Shown here: piece by piece, positions 28,932 through 38,178 of the stretch
Layout of the letters: every line of letters starts with the position of its first letter
How positions within the stretch are numbered: the first letter of the stretch is position 1
Translations under genes and position numbers: made by a program
Notes under the pieces: generated by a model
What the model was told of the DNA's origin: nothing
The model's database searches: none
The model's input: only the letters and a program-made list of their open reading frames with translations
From: Treponemataceae bacterium
GTDB taxonomy: Bacteria > Spirochaetota > Spirochaetia > Treponematales > Rectinemataceae
Length of the DNA stretch: 64,000 bases
Reading direction: 5' to 3'
Assembly: GCA_963667725.2 (NCBI GenBank)
Contig: CAXXHO010000003.1
Span: 1,504,001 to 1,568,000, forward strand

Positions 28932-30263
28932 TCATTTCATGCCGGACATGTAATTCGCCATGGCCTTCTTGCCTTTCGAGGAGACCATCTTCTTCATCAT
29001 GACGCGCGATTTCTCGAACTTCTTCAGAAGCCGATTGACCTCGGCGACCGAGGTGCCTGAACCTTTCGCTATCCTCGTGCGGCGGGAAGGTCCAATGATG
29101 AGATGATTCCGCCTCTCCTTTTTCGTCATGGAGCGCAGGATGGCTTCTTCGTACTTCATCCCTTCCAGGTCTATCTGGTCTTCGTTCACCTGACCGGCCA
29201 AGCCGGGAATCATGTCGAGCATGGACTTCACCGAACCCATTTTTTTCATTTTCTGCAGTTGGTCGAGGTAGTCCTCGAGCGTGAAGTTTTCTTCCGAGAT
29301 CTTCTTTTCGAGCGCTTCGGCCTCTTTCTGGTCATAGACGGTCTGGGCTTTTTCCACAAGGGAAACCACGTCGCCCATGCCGAGAATACGGCTCGCTATT
29401 CGGTCTGGGTGGAAGGGTTCGAGTCCGTCCATGTGTTCGGAGGTCCCGATGAACTTGATGGCTTTGCCCGTCACCGACTTGAGCGAAAGAGCGGCGCCGC
29501 CTCGCGTATCGGAATCGAACTTGCTCAGGATCACGCCGGTGATGCCGATTTTTTCGTCGAAGGCCTTGGCGATATCCACGGCCGCCTGGCCCGTCATCGC
29601 GTCCGCGACGAGAAGGGACTCTATGGGATGCACGGCATCCCTGACCCTCGCGAGCTCCGCCATCAAGGCATCGTCGATCTGCAGGCGTCCCGCCGTATCG
29701 ATGATCACGGTGTCGAAGGATTCCCGCTTCGCGCGGGCGAGAGCCGCCGCGGCGACCCTGACCGGATCCTTGGTCTCCTCGGCATGAACGGCCACACCTA
29801 CCTGAGCGCCGAGTACCGTAAGCTGCTCCACGGCGGCCGGCCTTACGAGGTCGCAGGCCACGAGGAGGACCTTCCTCCCCTTGCCCTTGAGCCGGTTCGC
29901 GAGCTTAGCCGCTGTCGTCGTCTTGCCGGAGCCCTGAAGTCCGAGAAGAAGTATGACGGACTGCGTGTCCGGTCCCCTGATGTTCAAGTCCTGGTCTTCA
30001 TCGCCCAGGAGGGCAACCATCTTGTCGTGGACGATCTTCACGAACTGCTGGCCGGGGCTGACCGAACGAAGGACTTTTTCGCCCTTTGCTTCCTCCAGCG
30101 TGGAGTTGACGAATCGCCGCACGACGCGGAGGTTTACGTCAGCCTCGAGAAGGGCCATCTTAATCTGGTCTACGGCATCGTCTACGTTTTTTTCGGATAT
30201 GGAAGATTTTCCGCCGATCGTTCGGAACGCATCGACGAATTTTTCAGTAATTTTCTCAAGCAT
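28932..30263 (-). CDS. ffh: Signal recognition particle protein
   Basis: ALLEADVN, GLQGSGKTTT, DTAGRLQID, DSDTRGGAALS, FHPDRIASRILGMGD, and a Met-rich M domain. Confidence 0.98.
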   Translation of the reverse strand: MLEKITEKFVDAFRTIGGKSSISEKNVDDAVDQIKMALLEADVNLRVVRRFVNSTLEEAKGEKVLRSVSPGQQFVKIVHDKMVALLGDEDQDLNIRGPDTQSVILLLGLQGSGKTTTAAKLANRLKGKGRKVLLVACDLVRPAAVEQLTVLGAQVGVAVHAEETKDPVRVAAAALARAKRESFDTVIIDTAGRLQIDDALMAELARVRDAVHPIESLLVADAMTGQAAVDIAKAFDEKIGITGVILSKFDSDTRGGAALSLKSVTGKAIKFIGTSEHMDGLEPFHPDRIASRILGMGDVVSLVEKAQTVYDQKEAEALEKKISEENFTLEDYLDQLQKMKKMGSVKSMLDMIPGLAGQVNEDQIDLEGMKYEEAILRSMTKKERRNHLIIGPSRRTRIAKGSGTSVAEVNRLLKKFEKSRVMMKKMVSSKGKKAMANYMSGMK

Positions 30264-30402
30264 CGGGAAACCACCATATAACACGGGATTGTCGCGAAAA
30301 ATGTATAGTCAAAAGGTCCCATGGTCAACCGCATCGCGCCGAGGCCTCATCGAGCCCGGCTTGGCCGAGGTTTTGCCGGGCCAAGTCCGGCCTTGCTGAG
30401 AC

Positions 30403-30975
30403 TCAAAGCGTGCCTTTCAGCCCGACATCCTCCGCGGCCATCCTCAATGCCAGAATACAGTCGTTTATGAGTTCGTCCAGCGGAACGCCCAGCATCTCCG
30501 CTCCTTTCTCGATGACATCGCGGCGGATGGCGGCGGCGAAATTCGCGGTTTTCCACTTTTTCTTGACCGACTTCACTTCCATATCCAGTACGCTCCTGGA
30601 TGGCCGCACCACGGCGCAGGCGAAGATAAAACCTGTCAGCTCATCGACGGCATAGAGGACCTTTTCCATCCGGGCTGTCGGTTCCACATCGCTGCAGAGC
30701 CCCCAGCCATGGCTCAGGACGGCATGGATGACATCTTCGCCAAAACCAGCTTTTTCAAGCATAGGGCGCGTATGGGAAAGATGCTCCTCTGGAAACTTCT
30801 GATAATCGATATCGTGCAGGAGCCCCACCACTCCCCAGAAATCCTCATCCTCACCGTATTTCTTGGCGAAATACCGCATGGCGGCTTCCACCGAAAGCGC
30901 GTGGCGATACAGGGAATCCTCGCTGTTATACTGGCGCCAAAGCGAAATCGCCTCGTCTCTGTTCATGGTCCGCAC
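30403..30975 (-). CDS. HD-domain (HDIG-like) phosphohydrolase
   Basis: RHALSVEAAM, GLLHDIDY, AVDELTGFI. Confidence 0.88.
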   Translation of the reverse strand: MRTMNRDEAISLWRQYNSEDSLYRHALSVEAAMRYFAKKYGEDEDFWGVVGLLHDIDYQKFPEEHLSHTRPMLEKAGFGEDVIHAVLSHGWGLCSDVEPTARMEKVLYAVDELTGFIFACAVVRPSRSVLDMEVKSVKKKWKTANFAAAIRRDVIEKGAEMLGVPLDELINDCILALRMAAEDVGLKGTL

Positions 30976-30976
30976 C

Positions 30977-32878
30977 TCACTTGAGATTGAAGATTATTTT
31001 CGCGCCCTCGCCCACCGCCGATCCGGGAGCGGGCTGCTGCGACTGTACATAGCCATCGCCGTTGATGACGATCCTGAGGTCCTTCCTTTCAAGGAGCGGC
31101 AGGAGGGAACGTTTGGGAAAACCCGTAAAGTCGGGCATGGTCGATCCGATGGCCGCCAAAGTCTCCACGGGCAGCACCACGGATCCTCCGTGGACGACCG
31201 TGGGCGATTTGCCGCGCTCTATGTCGATGCAGGACAGGACAGCCTCGGCGGCGTCCCTGAGAACCGGCGCCGCGATCTGCCCGCCCAGGTAGGAAGCCCC
31301 CCGCGGCTTTATTATGGCGATATAGAGAACGACGCGGGGATTGTCCGCCGGGAAAATGCCCATCGTGCTCGCTATGTAATCCTTTTCGGAATATGCCCTC
31401 GTCTTGGGATCTATCATCTGGGCTGTGCCGGTCTTGACCGCCATCCTGATATCGGAGACTTTGGCGCGCCAGCCCGTGCCCTGCATGCTCGCCGTCGTCT
31501 CCATGGCGTCGAGGATTGCCTTGGATGTTTCCTCCGAAACGACGCGGCGGACAATCTGCGCCTCGTGGGTGAACACCTCTTCCCCATCGGCCGTCTCGAT
31601 GCGCGAAACCGTCGTCGGCTTGAGAAGAAATCCGCCGTTCGCGATGGCCGCGCCGGCCGTGACCATCTGCAGCGCCGTCACCATCACTTCCTGCCCGATC
31701 GCTATGGTGGGTTTGGAACGGCCCGACCATTTCTCCGGTTCGCGCAGGGAACCAGCGCTTTCGCCTGAAAGGCCTATCCCCGTCTTCATGCCAAAGCCGA
31801 AGGTCTTCAGCCGCTCGTAAAGATCGTTTTCAGAGACACGGTCCGATGCGTAACCAACGCCCGCGTTGCTGGAATGAGCCAGAACGCCTGCATAATTCTG
31901 TTTGCCGTAGACGCCCAGGTCCTTGATCACGATTTTCTCGCCGCTTGGGAGCGTCCTGCGGTAGGCTCCATCGCAATCGAAAATAGTCTTGGTCGTGATA
32001 GCGCCCATGTCGAGTATGGAAGCCATGCTGAAGAGCTTGAAAACCGAACCGGGTTCATAGGAATAAAGAGAGAGAAGATCCCTTCTTTTCTCGACATCGT
32101 AGGAAGCGTACTTATTGAGATCGAAGCCCTGCCCTCCGACATAGGCGAGAATCTCGCCCGTTCGCACATCCATGGCGAGAGCCAATGCGGATGAGGCGCC
32201 ATTGGCCTTGACCGCGCCCTCCATGATCTCCTCGATCATGTATTGAAGATTCGCGTCTATGCTCAGCGTCACCGTATCGCCGCGCGGAACCTTGCGGCCG
32301 GGATCCAGATCGCGCCCCGTTCCGTCAGTGGCCTTTCTGGGTTTGGGCTTCAGTTCGCTTTCATATTTGGTCTCTATGCCATCGAGGCCGATATTCCCTT
32401 CCCCCGTGAACCCGATCAGGTGCGAGGCCAGCTTGCCTTCCGGATAAAGACGTCCTGATACCTCGTCGGCCTGGACGCCCTTAAATTTGCCCGTTTTCTT
32501 GGCTTCGATGATCGGGCGAGCCGTTTCCGAGGAAACGCGCCTGGCGATATAGAAATAATTCTGGCTCCCGTCGTCGTAGCGGGAGGCGATGCTCTCCGCC
32601 GGAACGCCCAGAATCTTCGCGAGTTCGGGAATTTCCCGCTTGAACGATTCAGGTTTCGTGGACGGGCGCCAAATCGAAATATTGTACTTGGGCACATCCA
32701 TGGCCAGGACTCGGCCGTTCCTGTCCTGGATCGTGCCCCGCTCACCCGAGTCATCCAAACCTGCCTCCCCGCTTTTTTCGGCGGTGAGGGCAAGCTGGGC
32801 ATATCTGGCCATAACCAGCGAGGCAAATATCCCGAGAACAGCCATGGCCGTAACCAGGCGTATCTTTCTTGTTTTCAT
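30977..32878 (-). CDS. ftsI: Class B penicillin-binding protein (FtsI-like) with a C-terminal PASTA-like domain
   Basis: RGTIQDRNG, RLYPEG, YEPGSVFK (SxxK), HSSNAG (SxN), KTGTAQ. Confidence 0.88.
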   Translation of the reverse strand: MKTRKIRLVTAMAVLGIFASLVMARYAQLALTAEKSGEAGLDDSGERGTIQDRNGRVLAMDVPKYNISIWRPSTKPESFKREIPELAKILGVPAESIASRYDDGSQNYFYIARRVSSETARPIIEAKKTGKFKGVQADEVSGRLYPEGKLASHLIGFTGEGNIGLDGIETKYESELKPKPRKATDGTGRDLDPGRKVPRGDTVTLSIDANLQYMIEEIMEGAVKANGASSALALAMDVRTGEILAYVGGQGFDLNKYASYDVEKRRDLLSLYSYEPGSVFKLFSMASILDMGAITTKTIFDCDGAYRRTLPSGEKIVIKDLGVYGKQNYAGVLAHSSNAGVGYASDRVSENDLYERLKTFGFGMKTGIGLSGESAGSLREPEKWSGRSKPTIAIGQEVMVTALQMVTAGAAIANGGFLLKPTTVSRIETADGEEVFTHEAQIVRRVVSEETSKAILDAMETTASMQGTGWRAKVSDIRMAVKTGTAQMIDPKTRAYSEKDYIASTMGIFPADNPRVVLYIAIIKPRGASYLGGQIAAPVLRDAAEAVLSCIDIERGKSPTVVHGGSVVLPVETLAAIGSTMPDFTGFPKRSLLPLLERKDLRIVINGDGYVQSQQPAPGSAVGEGAKIIFNLK

Positions 32879-32902
32879 CGTTTATCCATGGAAACCAAAA
32901 AC

Positions 32903-33352
32903 CTAGAAGCGGGGGAATGGAAACGCTTTCCCCAGTATATTGTTCATCGGCACCAGGCCGAATTCCCTTGAGTCGATGGACTCGTATTTGTTGTCGCCCA
33001 GGAGGAAGTACGCGGCGCGACTCCCAGGCTTCCCGGAATTTTCCATGCCCTCCTCGATCCAGACCCTCTTGATGATCAGGTTCCGGGTATCGGGATTGAA
33101 TGCGGCGACGATGTCGCGATTCTCAGGCTCTCCCCAAAGGAATAAATAGCCGCCCAAAGGATTCCTGAGCCCATACGCCGCCTTGAGAATAATGACAATA
33201 TCATTCGATCCAAAACTGGGGAGCATGGACCTCCCCTGGACCAGGGCTGCGTCTATGATAAAAGTCCTTCCCAAGATCAACGCCGCCACGACGCAGGCCA
33301 GAATCCTGCCCACGCTTACGGAGCCGGGCTTTGGTCCGTTGAATCTTTTCAA
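32903..33352 (-). CDS. lepB: Signal peptidase I (S26), short form
   Basis: GRSMLPS, IIKRV, LGDNKYESIDSREFG. Probable TTG start after GGAGG. Confidence 0.8.
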   Translation of the reverse strand: MKRFNGPKPGSVSVGRILACVVAALILGRTFIIDAALVQGRSMLPSFGSNDIVIILKAAYGLRNPLGGYLFLWGEPENRDIVAAFNPDTRNLIIKRVWIEEGMENSGKPGSRAAYFLLGDNKYESIDSREFGLVPMNNILGKAFPFPRF

Positions 33353-33446
33353 TCCTTTGCCTCCGGACACCGCTTCCCAAAACAGCATGATGAAGAAAAA
33401 TCTTCGATAATATATCGGCGAAACTCTTCCGATACTCAAAAAACCT

Positions 33447-34850
33447 ATGGATACTGAAACTAACCGGATAAAAAGCAGAAGAGACAGTGTTTCTTCATCG
33501 CAATATCGCCCTAAACCCTTCCTTACCATTCTCGACGGCAAGCCCACCACGGCAGGCAGGGAGCGCCGCTCCGGTCATCATCCTTCCAAATCCATATTCC
33601 AGAAAAGCGGTATAAGATTCCAGTCCTATGCGAATGAGGGGCTGAAAAATGTCACCGCCAAGGGGAAAGTCGGTTTTAAAGCGACAGCCAGGACCCTGAT
33701 CGACCTTCCTAAGTCCATATTCTCGCCCAAGGCAATAAAAGAGCCAGCCTCCGCCGATGAGTGGACGGAAGCTCAGGCCGAGGCCGGCGGACAGATAGCC
33801 GGTGGGCAGAAAACCGGTGAACCGAAAGCCGGCCGGATGGAAGTCATCGCCCTTCTTCACAACATTCAGGCATTCACGGCGCAACTGGGAAAGTTCCGTC
33901 CGGATACCAGCCATGCGCGCAAGATAGTCCTCGCTGTTCTCATCGCCGCGATCGTCATCTCGGCCGGAGCCGCCGCGATCATCGGCGCCACGAGATTCCC
34001 CGTTTCGCCGGGGAATCTCATTCTTCCCGACGAGGAATCGGCGCAGGCTGCCTTGATGGCCTATCTCGAACCGGATTCAGCAGACCAGGAAGCCCTCCAA
34101 TCGGGAGCCCTTCCCCCCATCCCCGTCTCCGTGAACATAAAATCCTACACGGTCAGAAGCGGCGATACCGTCGAAAGAATCGCGAAAAAGTTCGGCCTCA
34201 GGCAGGATACCGTCATTTCGGCCAACAATCTCCAAAGCGCCAGCTCGATCCGTCCGGGGCTGCAGCTCAGGATACCGAACATGGATGGCGTAAGCCATAA
34301 GGTGCGTAGCGGGGAAAGCCTTCTCTATCTCGCTAAAACTTATTCCATAGACATGACCCGCATCGTGGACGCCAACGACCTGGCAAGCGGCACGATAAAT
34401 ACCGGTCAGAGTCTTTTCATTCCCAACGCGAGGCTATCGTCGGCCACCCTGCGCAATTTCTATGGGGAGCGCTTCATTTGGCCGGCCAGAGGCCGCATCT
34501 CTTCCCCCTTCGGGTACAGGGCCAATCCTTTCACCGGCCTGAGAACCTATCATTCGGCCATCGATATCGTCGTCTCGCTGGGGACGAGGATAAAAGCTAC
34601 CAACGACGGAACCGTCGCCGACACCGGCTACAACTCCGTATTCGGCAACTACGTCATCCTGAAACACGCGAGCGGATATCAGTCGCTTTACGCGCACCTG
34701 AGCCAAATTTCCGTCAAGGAAGGGTCCTCCGTCGCCCAGGGGGCCACTATCGGGTTATCGGGCAACACGGGTCAGAGCACCGGTCCTCACCTGCACTTCA
34801 GCATATTCAAGAACGGCCAGGCTCTCGATCCCACGAAATACGTGAAATGA
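33447..34850 (+). CDS. LysM x2 + M23 metallopeptidase (NlpD/MepM-like), membrane anchored
   Basis: TM helix. LysM domains YTVRSGDT and HKVRSGES. M23 motifs HSAID, YAHL, STGPHLHF. Confidence 0.92.
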   Translation: MDTETNRIKSRRDSVSSSQYRPKPFLTILDGKPTTAGRERRSGHHPSKSIFQKSGIRFQSYANEGLKNVTAKGKVGFKATARTLIDLPKSIFSPKAIKEPASADEWTEAQAEAGGQIAGGQKTGEPKAGRMEVIALLHNIQAFTAQLGKFRPDTSHARKIVLAVLIAAIVISAGAAAIIGATRFPVSPGNLILPDEESAQAALMAYLEPDSADQEALQSGALPPIPVSVNIKSYTVRSGDTVERIAKKFGLRQDTVISANNLQSASSIRPGLQLRIPNMDGVSHKVRSGESLLYLAKTYSIDMTRIVDANDLASGTINTGQSLFIPNARLSSATLRNFYGERFIWPARGRISSPFGYRANPFTGLRTYHSAIDIVVSLGTRIKATNDGTVADTGYNSVFGNYVILKHASGYQSLYAHLSQISVKEGSSVAQGATIGLSGNTGQSTGPHLHFSIFKNGQALDPTKYVK

Positions 34851-34860
34851 TTCCATGGAG

Positions 34861-34905
34861 ACTCTGGAAGCTCTAGAAGCTCCGGAGCCTCCGGAACTTC
34901 CGGAG
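34861..34905. repeat. Five degenerate 9-bp tandem units
   Basis: actctggaa gctctagaa gctccggag cctccggaa cttccggag. Confidence 0.7.
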
Positions 34906-34927
34906 ACCCAAAATATCACCGTCTAAT

Positions 34928-34965
34928 AAAAGATACAGAAGGCCAAAGGGTTCTGTATCTTTTTT
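34928..34965 (+). terminator. Probable intrinsic terminator of the M23 gene
   Basis: aaaagatacagaa / ttctgtatctttt plus a T tract. Confidence 0.65.
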
Positions 34966-35074
34966 AATATCTTTTCATAGTTTTTAGCGCGACAGCATCC
35001 TCAAGAAATCTAAACTTCGAATCTATTTCTTTATGCTGATGAATAATAAAAAATATAAAATTATATATGCTATA

Positions 35075-35090
35075 TGGCACGGCGTTTGCA
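35075..35090 (+). promoter_or_regulatory. sigma54 (-24/-12) promoter of the RpoS-like sigma gene
   Basis: TGGCACGGCGTTTGCA is an exact match to TGGCAC-N5-TTGCA. It has an AT-rich tract upstream and lies 24 nt before the ATG. Confidence 0.88.
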
Positions 35091-35114
35091 TTTAAGGAGC
35101 CAGGAGGAAGTGCC

Positions 35115-35948
35115 ATGCCCAACCTTTCCACAAAAGATGAATGCCTCACAAGTTATTTCAAGTCGATACGAGGGATACGGCTTCTTACGAGGGAAGAAGA
35201 AGAATCCTTGTCCTTGAAAATAGCGCATGGTGACCAAGCCGCCCGCAAACGACTTATCGAAGCTAATCTCAGGCTTGTCGTGCGCATTGCGAGATCGATG
35301 TGGAATCCCTCCCTCACCCTCATCGACCTTATCCAGGAAGGCAATATCGGCCTCATGAAGGCCGCCGAGAAATTCGACGGCGCCCGGAAGGTCAAATTCT
35401 CGACCTACGCCGCGTGGTGGATCCGTCAGTCGATAAGCCGCTCCCTCGTCAATACGGGAAGGACGATTCGGCTGCCCCACCGCAAGGAAGAACTAATAAG
35501 GAAAGTTCAGGCCGAGAAGAGCATCATGAGCCAGACGCTGAACAGACAGCCCACCTCCAGGGAAATTTCCGACAAGCTGGGCATCCCCGAAAAAAAGCTG
35601 AACGACGTGCTCATGTTTGCGGAAAAGGTCGGCAGCTTCGAGTCCCAAGTGGACGAAGACACGGTTGACCTGCTCGATATGCACGAGGACTTCACCTATT
35701 CGCCCGAAAGGCTTTTTGGCGAGCACATCGCGCGCGAGCAGACGGTTCATCTTCTTTCCGTCCTCCAGGAGAGGGAAAGGAACGTCATCAGCCAACGCTT
35801 CGAGATAGGCGGGCGCAGCCGACGATCGCTCAAGCAGATGGGCCTCGAGATGAAGCTTTCGCCGGAAACGGTGCGCCATATCGAGAAAAGGGCGCTCAAG
35901 AAGCTGCAGACCGAGGCGGCCAAAGGCTATCTCTGCATGACTGCCTAG
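35115..35948 (+). CDS. RpoS/RpoD-family alternative sigma70 factor lacking region 1.1
   Basis: AGGAGG RBS. Region 1.2 (YFKSI...LLTREEE), ANLRLVV, DLIQEGNIGLMKAAEKFD, KFSTYAAWWIRQSI, RTIRLP, region 4 ETVRHIEKRALKKL. Confidence 0.92.
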   Translation: MPNLSTKDECLTSYFKSIRGIRLLTREEEESLSLKIAHGDQAARKRLIEANLRLVVRIARSMWNPSLTLIDLIQEGNIGLMKAAEKFDGARKVKFSTYAAWWIRQSISRSLVNTGRTIRLPHRKEELIRKVQAEKSIMSQTLNRQPTSREISDKLGIPEKKLNDVLMFAEKVGSFESQVDEDTVDLLDMHEDFTYSPERLFGEHIAREQTVHLLSVLQERERNVISQRFEIGGRSRRSLKQMGLEMKLSPETVRHIEKRALKKLQTEAAKGYLCMTA

Positions 35949-35970
35949 GACAGGGCAGAAATTAGGGCTC

Positions 35971-36002
35971 TGGGCGGGGTCGCCTGCCGGCGGCCCCGCC
36001 CA
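35971..36002 (+). terminator. GC-rich stem-loop after the sigma gene
   Basis: tgggcggggtcgcc / ggcggccccgccca, with a weak U tract. Confidence 0.55.
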
Positions 36003-36041
36003 CGTCTTGTCCAAGGTTCACCGCGTGGATACTATGGCAGC

Positions 36042-37169
36042 GTGGCTTCGAAAAAACACGGCGGACGCAGGACAAAGGCTTCAGGAAGCCGAGGGCACGG
36101 CGCATCTTTCCTTATCGCGGCACTTGCAATCCTGGCGCTCGCGGTTTGCGTAGCTTTTGTTTCCTACCTGAACAGACCTTCGGAAACGAGGACGACCACA
36201 ACCACCGCACCCTTCTCGCCGACGACGCTTTGGCCCTACGGACAGCCCGAGTACTCCATAGAAGTGCCCGAGGGCTATGAGGCCCTCCTGCCGGACAGCC
36301 AAGCCCCGCCGGTACCCGAAGCTGATGTCGCGACTGTACCCGCGCAGAAGCCCCACATAGAGCCAGCAAAAAAAGCCGTGGCAAGCGATAATCGCCCCAC
36401 CTTGCCGCCGAAGGAAAAGGCGAAGCCGTACATTCTCACGGTGCGGGAAGAAAGGCTGAAAGAAGGTCGCAAGCCTACCCTCATCATCGTCATCGATGAC
36501 GCGGGGTACAACTTGAGACAGCTGCAGCCCTTTTTGGCCCTGCCCTTCCCCATTTCGATAGCGGTGCTGCCGCAGGTGGACCACAGCGCCGAAGCAGCGA
36601 GACTCGCCGCGGAAGCAGGAAAGGAAGTCCTCCTGCATCAGCCCATGCAGGCGCTGGGCGGCAACAATCCCGGGCCGGGAGCCATTCTCCTCGGCATGAA
36701 GCCCGAGGAAGCCGCTTCCCTCGTGGCCCGAAACCTGGAGCGCCTTCCCCAGGCTGTCGGCGTGAATAATCATATGGGTTCTGCGGTCACAAGGGACGAA
36801 GCGCTCATGGCGGCCACCCTCGACCTTGTCAAAAAGCGTGGCATCTATTATCTTGATTCTCTCACGGCACCGGGAACTGCGACGGCAGCCCTCTGCCTTG
36901 AACTAGCCATACCATATTGGGAGCGTGACGTGTTTCTGGACAACTCTGGCGATAAGCAATCGGTACTCCACGCTCTCGATGAGGGCAAGAAGGTCGCCTC
37001 GACCAGGGGCGCCGCTGTGCTGATCGGCCATGTCTGGTCGGCCGAACTCGCGCAGACGCTCATGGATATATACCCTCAGCTCGTCGAAGAAGGTTATTCT
37101 TTATCGACCATATCCAAGTACATGATCAGGAGCGCGACGGGAGACGACGATGCTCGTCCTGGGGATTGA
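36042..37169 (+). CDS. Divergent polysaccharide deacetylase family (YibQ-like)
   Basis: TM plus Pro/Thr linker. IIVIDDAG, LLHQPM, NNHMGS, YLDSLT, RDVFLDN, LIGH. Confidence 0.9.
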   Translation: MASKKHGGRRTKASGSRGHGASFLIAALAILALAVCVAFVSYLNRPSETRTTTTTAPFSPTTLWPYGQPEYSIEVPEGYEALLPDSQAPPVPEADVATVPAQKPHIEPAKKAVASDNRPTLPPKEKAKPYILTVREERLKEGRKPTLIIVIDDAGYNLRQLQPFLALPFPISIAVLPQVDHSAEAARLAAEAGKEVLLHQPMQALGGNNPGPGAILLGMKPEEAASLVARNLERLPQAVGVNNHMGSAVTRDEALMAATLDLVKKRGIYYLDSLTAPGTATAALCLELAIPYWERDVFLDNSGDKQSVLHALDEGKKVASTRGAAVLIGHVWSAELAQTLMDIYPQLVEEGYSLSTISKYMIRSATGDDDARPGD

Positions 37170-38178
37170 GTCCTCCTGCGACGAATGCTCGGCGGCCATT
37201 GTCGAAGACGGCAGGAAAATTCATTCGAACATAGTCGCGACGCAGATTCCCCTCCATGCGCAATACCAGGGGGTCGTTCCGGAAATCGCCAGCAGGGCTC
37301 ATACGCAGTGGATAGAAGGTGTCGTAAGGCAGGCTCTTCGCGAAGCGTCCATCGCGCCATCGGGAATCGACGGCGTGGCCGCCACCTTCCAGCCCGGGCT
37401 TATAGGCTCTCTTGCCGTGGGCCTTTCTTTCGCCAAAGCCATGTCATTCGCCCTCGGAAAGCCTTTCAAGGGCATCAATCACATGCTAGCCCACCTCTAT
37501 GCCCCTCGCCTTGTCGACGACATCGAATATCCCTTCATCGGGCTTCTGGTATCGGGCGGTCATTCGATCATCTGCCTGGCCGAGGATTTCGACAGGTTCA
37601 GCGTCCTGGGGACAACGATAGACGACGCCGCGGGCGAGGCTTTTGATAAAGTCTCCAAGCACTACGGTTTCGGCTATCCAGGCGGCCAGATCATAGACGA
37701 ACTCGCCGAGAAGGGAGATGCCGAAGCCTTCAAGTTCCCGACGCCCTCCCTCCACAAGGGCGACCATCGCTACGACCTTTCCTATTCCGGATTGAAAACC
37801 GCCGTCATCCACCATCTCGACAGCTACCGGCGGAACGGCGCCGAGACTACTCCCGAGAATATCGCCGCTTCGTTCAGGAAAACCGCCATCGACATGCTGC
37901 TGTCCAAGCTCCTCCTCGCGGCTGAGGATACGGGGATTCGACGCATCGTCGCGGGGGGCGGAGTCGCCGCCAACGCCTACCTGCGCCGCCAGCTCGATGC
38001 CCGGAAGGACCTCGAGATACATTTCCCGCCCCTTGCCCTCTGTGGCGACAACGGCGCCATGGTGGCGGGCATCGCCTATCACTATTTCGCGCGCGGGGAA
38101 AAGGATGGCCTGGATCTTGCGCCGCAATCGCGCGTACCTATTTACAAACGCGGGGCGAACGGAGGCAAAACGTCATGA
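37150..38178 (+). CDS. tsaD: tRNA N6-threonylcarbamoyltransferase
   Basis: LGIESSCDE, GVVPEIASRAH, NHMLAH, VSGGHS, DDAAGEAFDK, SYSGLKT, DNGAMVA. Confidence 0.97.
   Translation: MLVLGIESSCDECSAAIVEDGRKIHSNIVATQIPLHAQYQGVVPEIASRAHTQWIEGVVRQALREASIAPSGIDGVAATFQPGLIGSLAVGLSFAKAMSFALGKPFKGINHMLAHLYAPRLVDDIEYPFIGLLVSGGHSIICLAEDFDRFSVLGTTIDDAAGEAFDKVSKHYGFGYPGGQIIDELAEKGDAEAFKFPTPSLHKGDHRYDLSYSGLKTAVIHHLDSYRRNGAETTPENIAASFRKTAIDMLLSKLLLAAEDTGIRRIVAGGGVAANAYLRRQLDARKDLEIHFPPLALCGDNGAMVAGIAYHYFARGEKDGLDLAPQSRVPIYKRGANGGKTS

Noticed and set aside
33405..33440. Divergent sigma28-like -10 elements (GCCGATAT on minus, TCCGATAC on plus) between lepB and the M23 gene
   Set aside because: The -35 TAAA matches are poor and the flanking genes are not flagellar, so support is insufficient.
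34861..34905. Short repeats as a CRISPR array
   Set aside because: The units are 9 bp, contiguous and degenerate, with no spacers and no cas genes.
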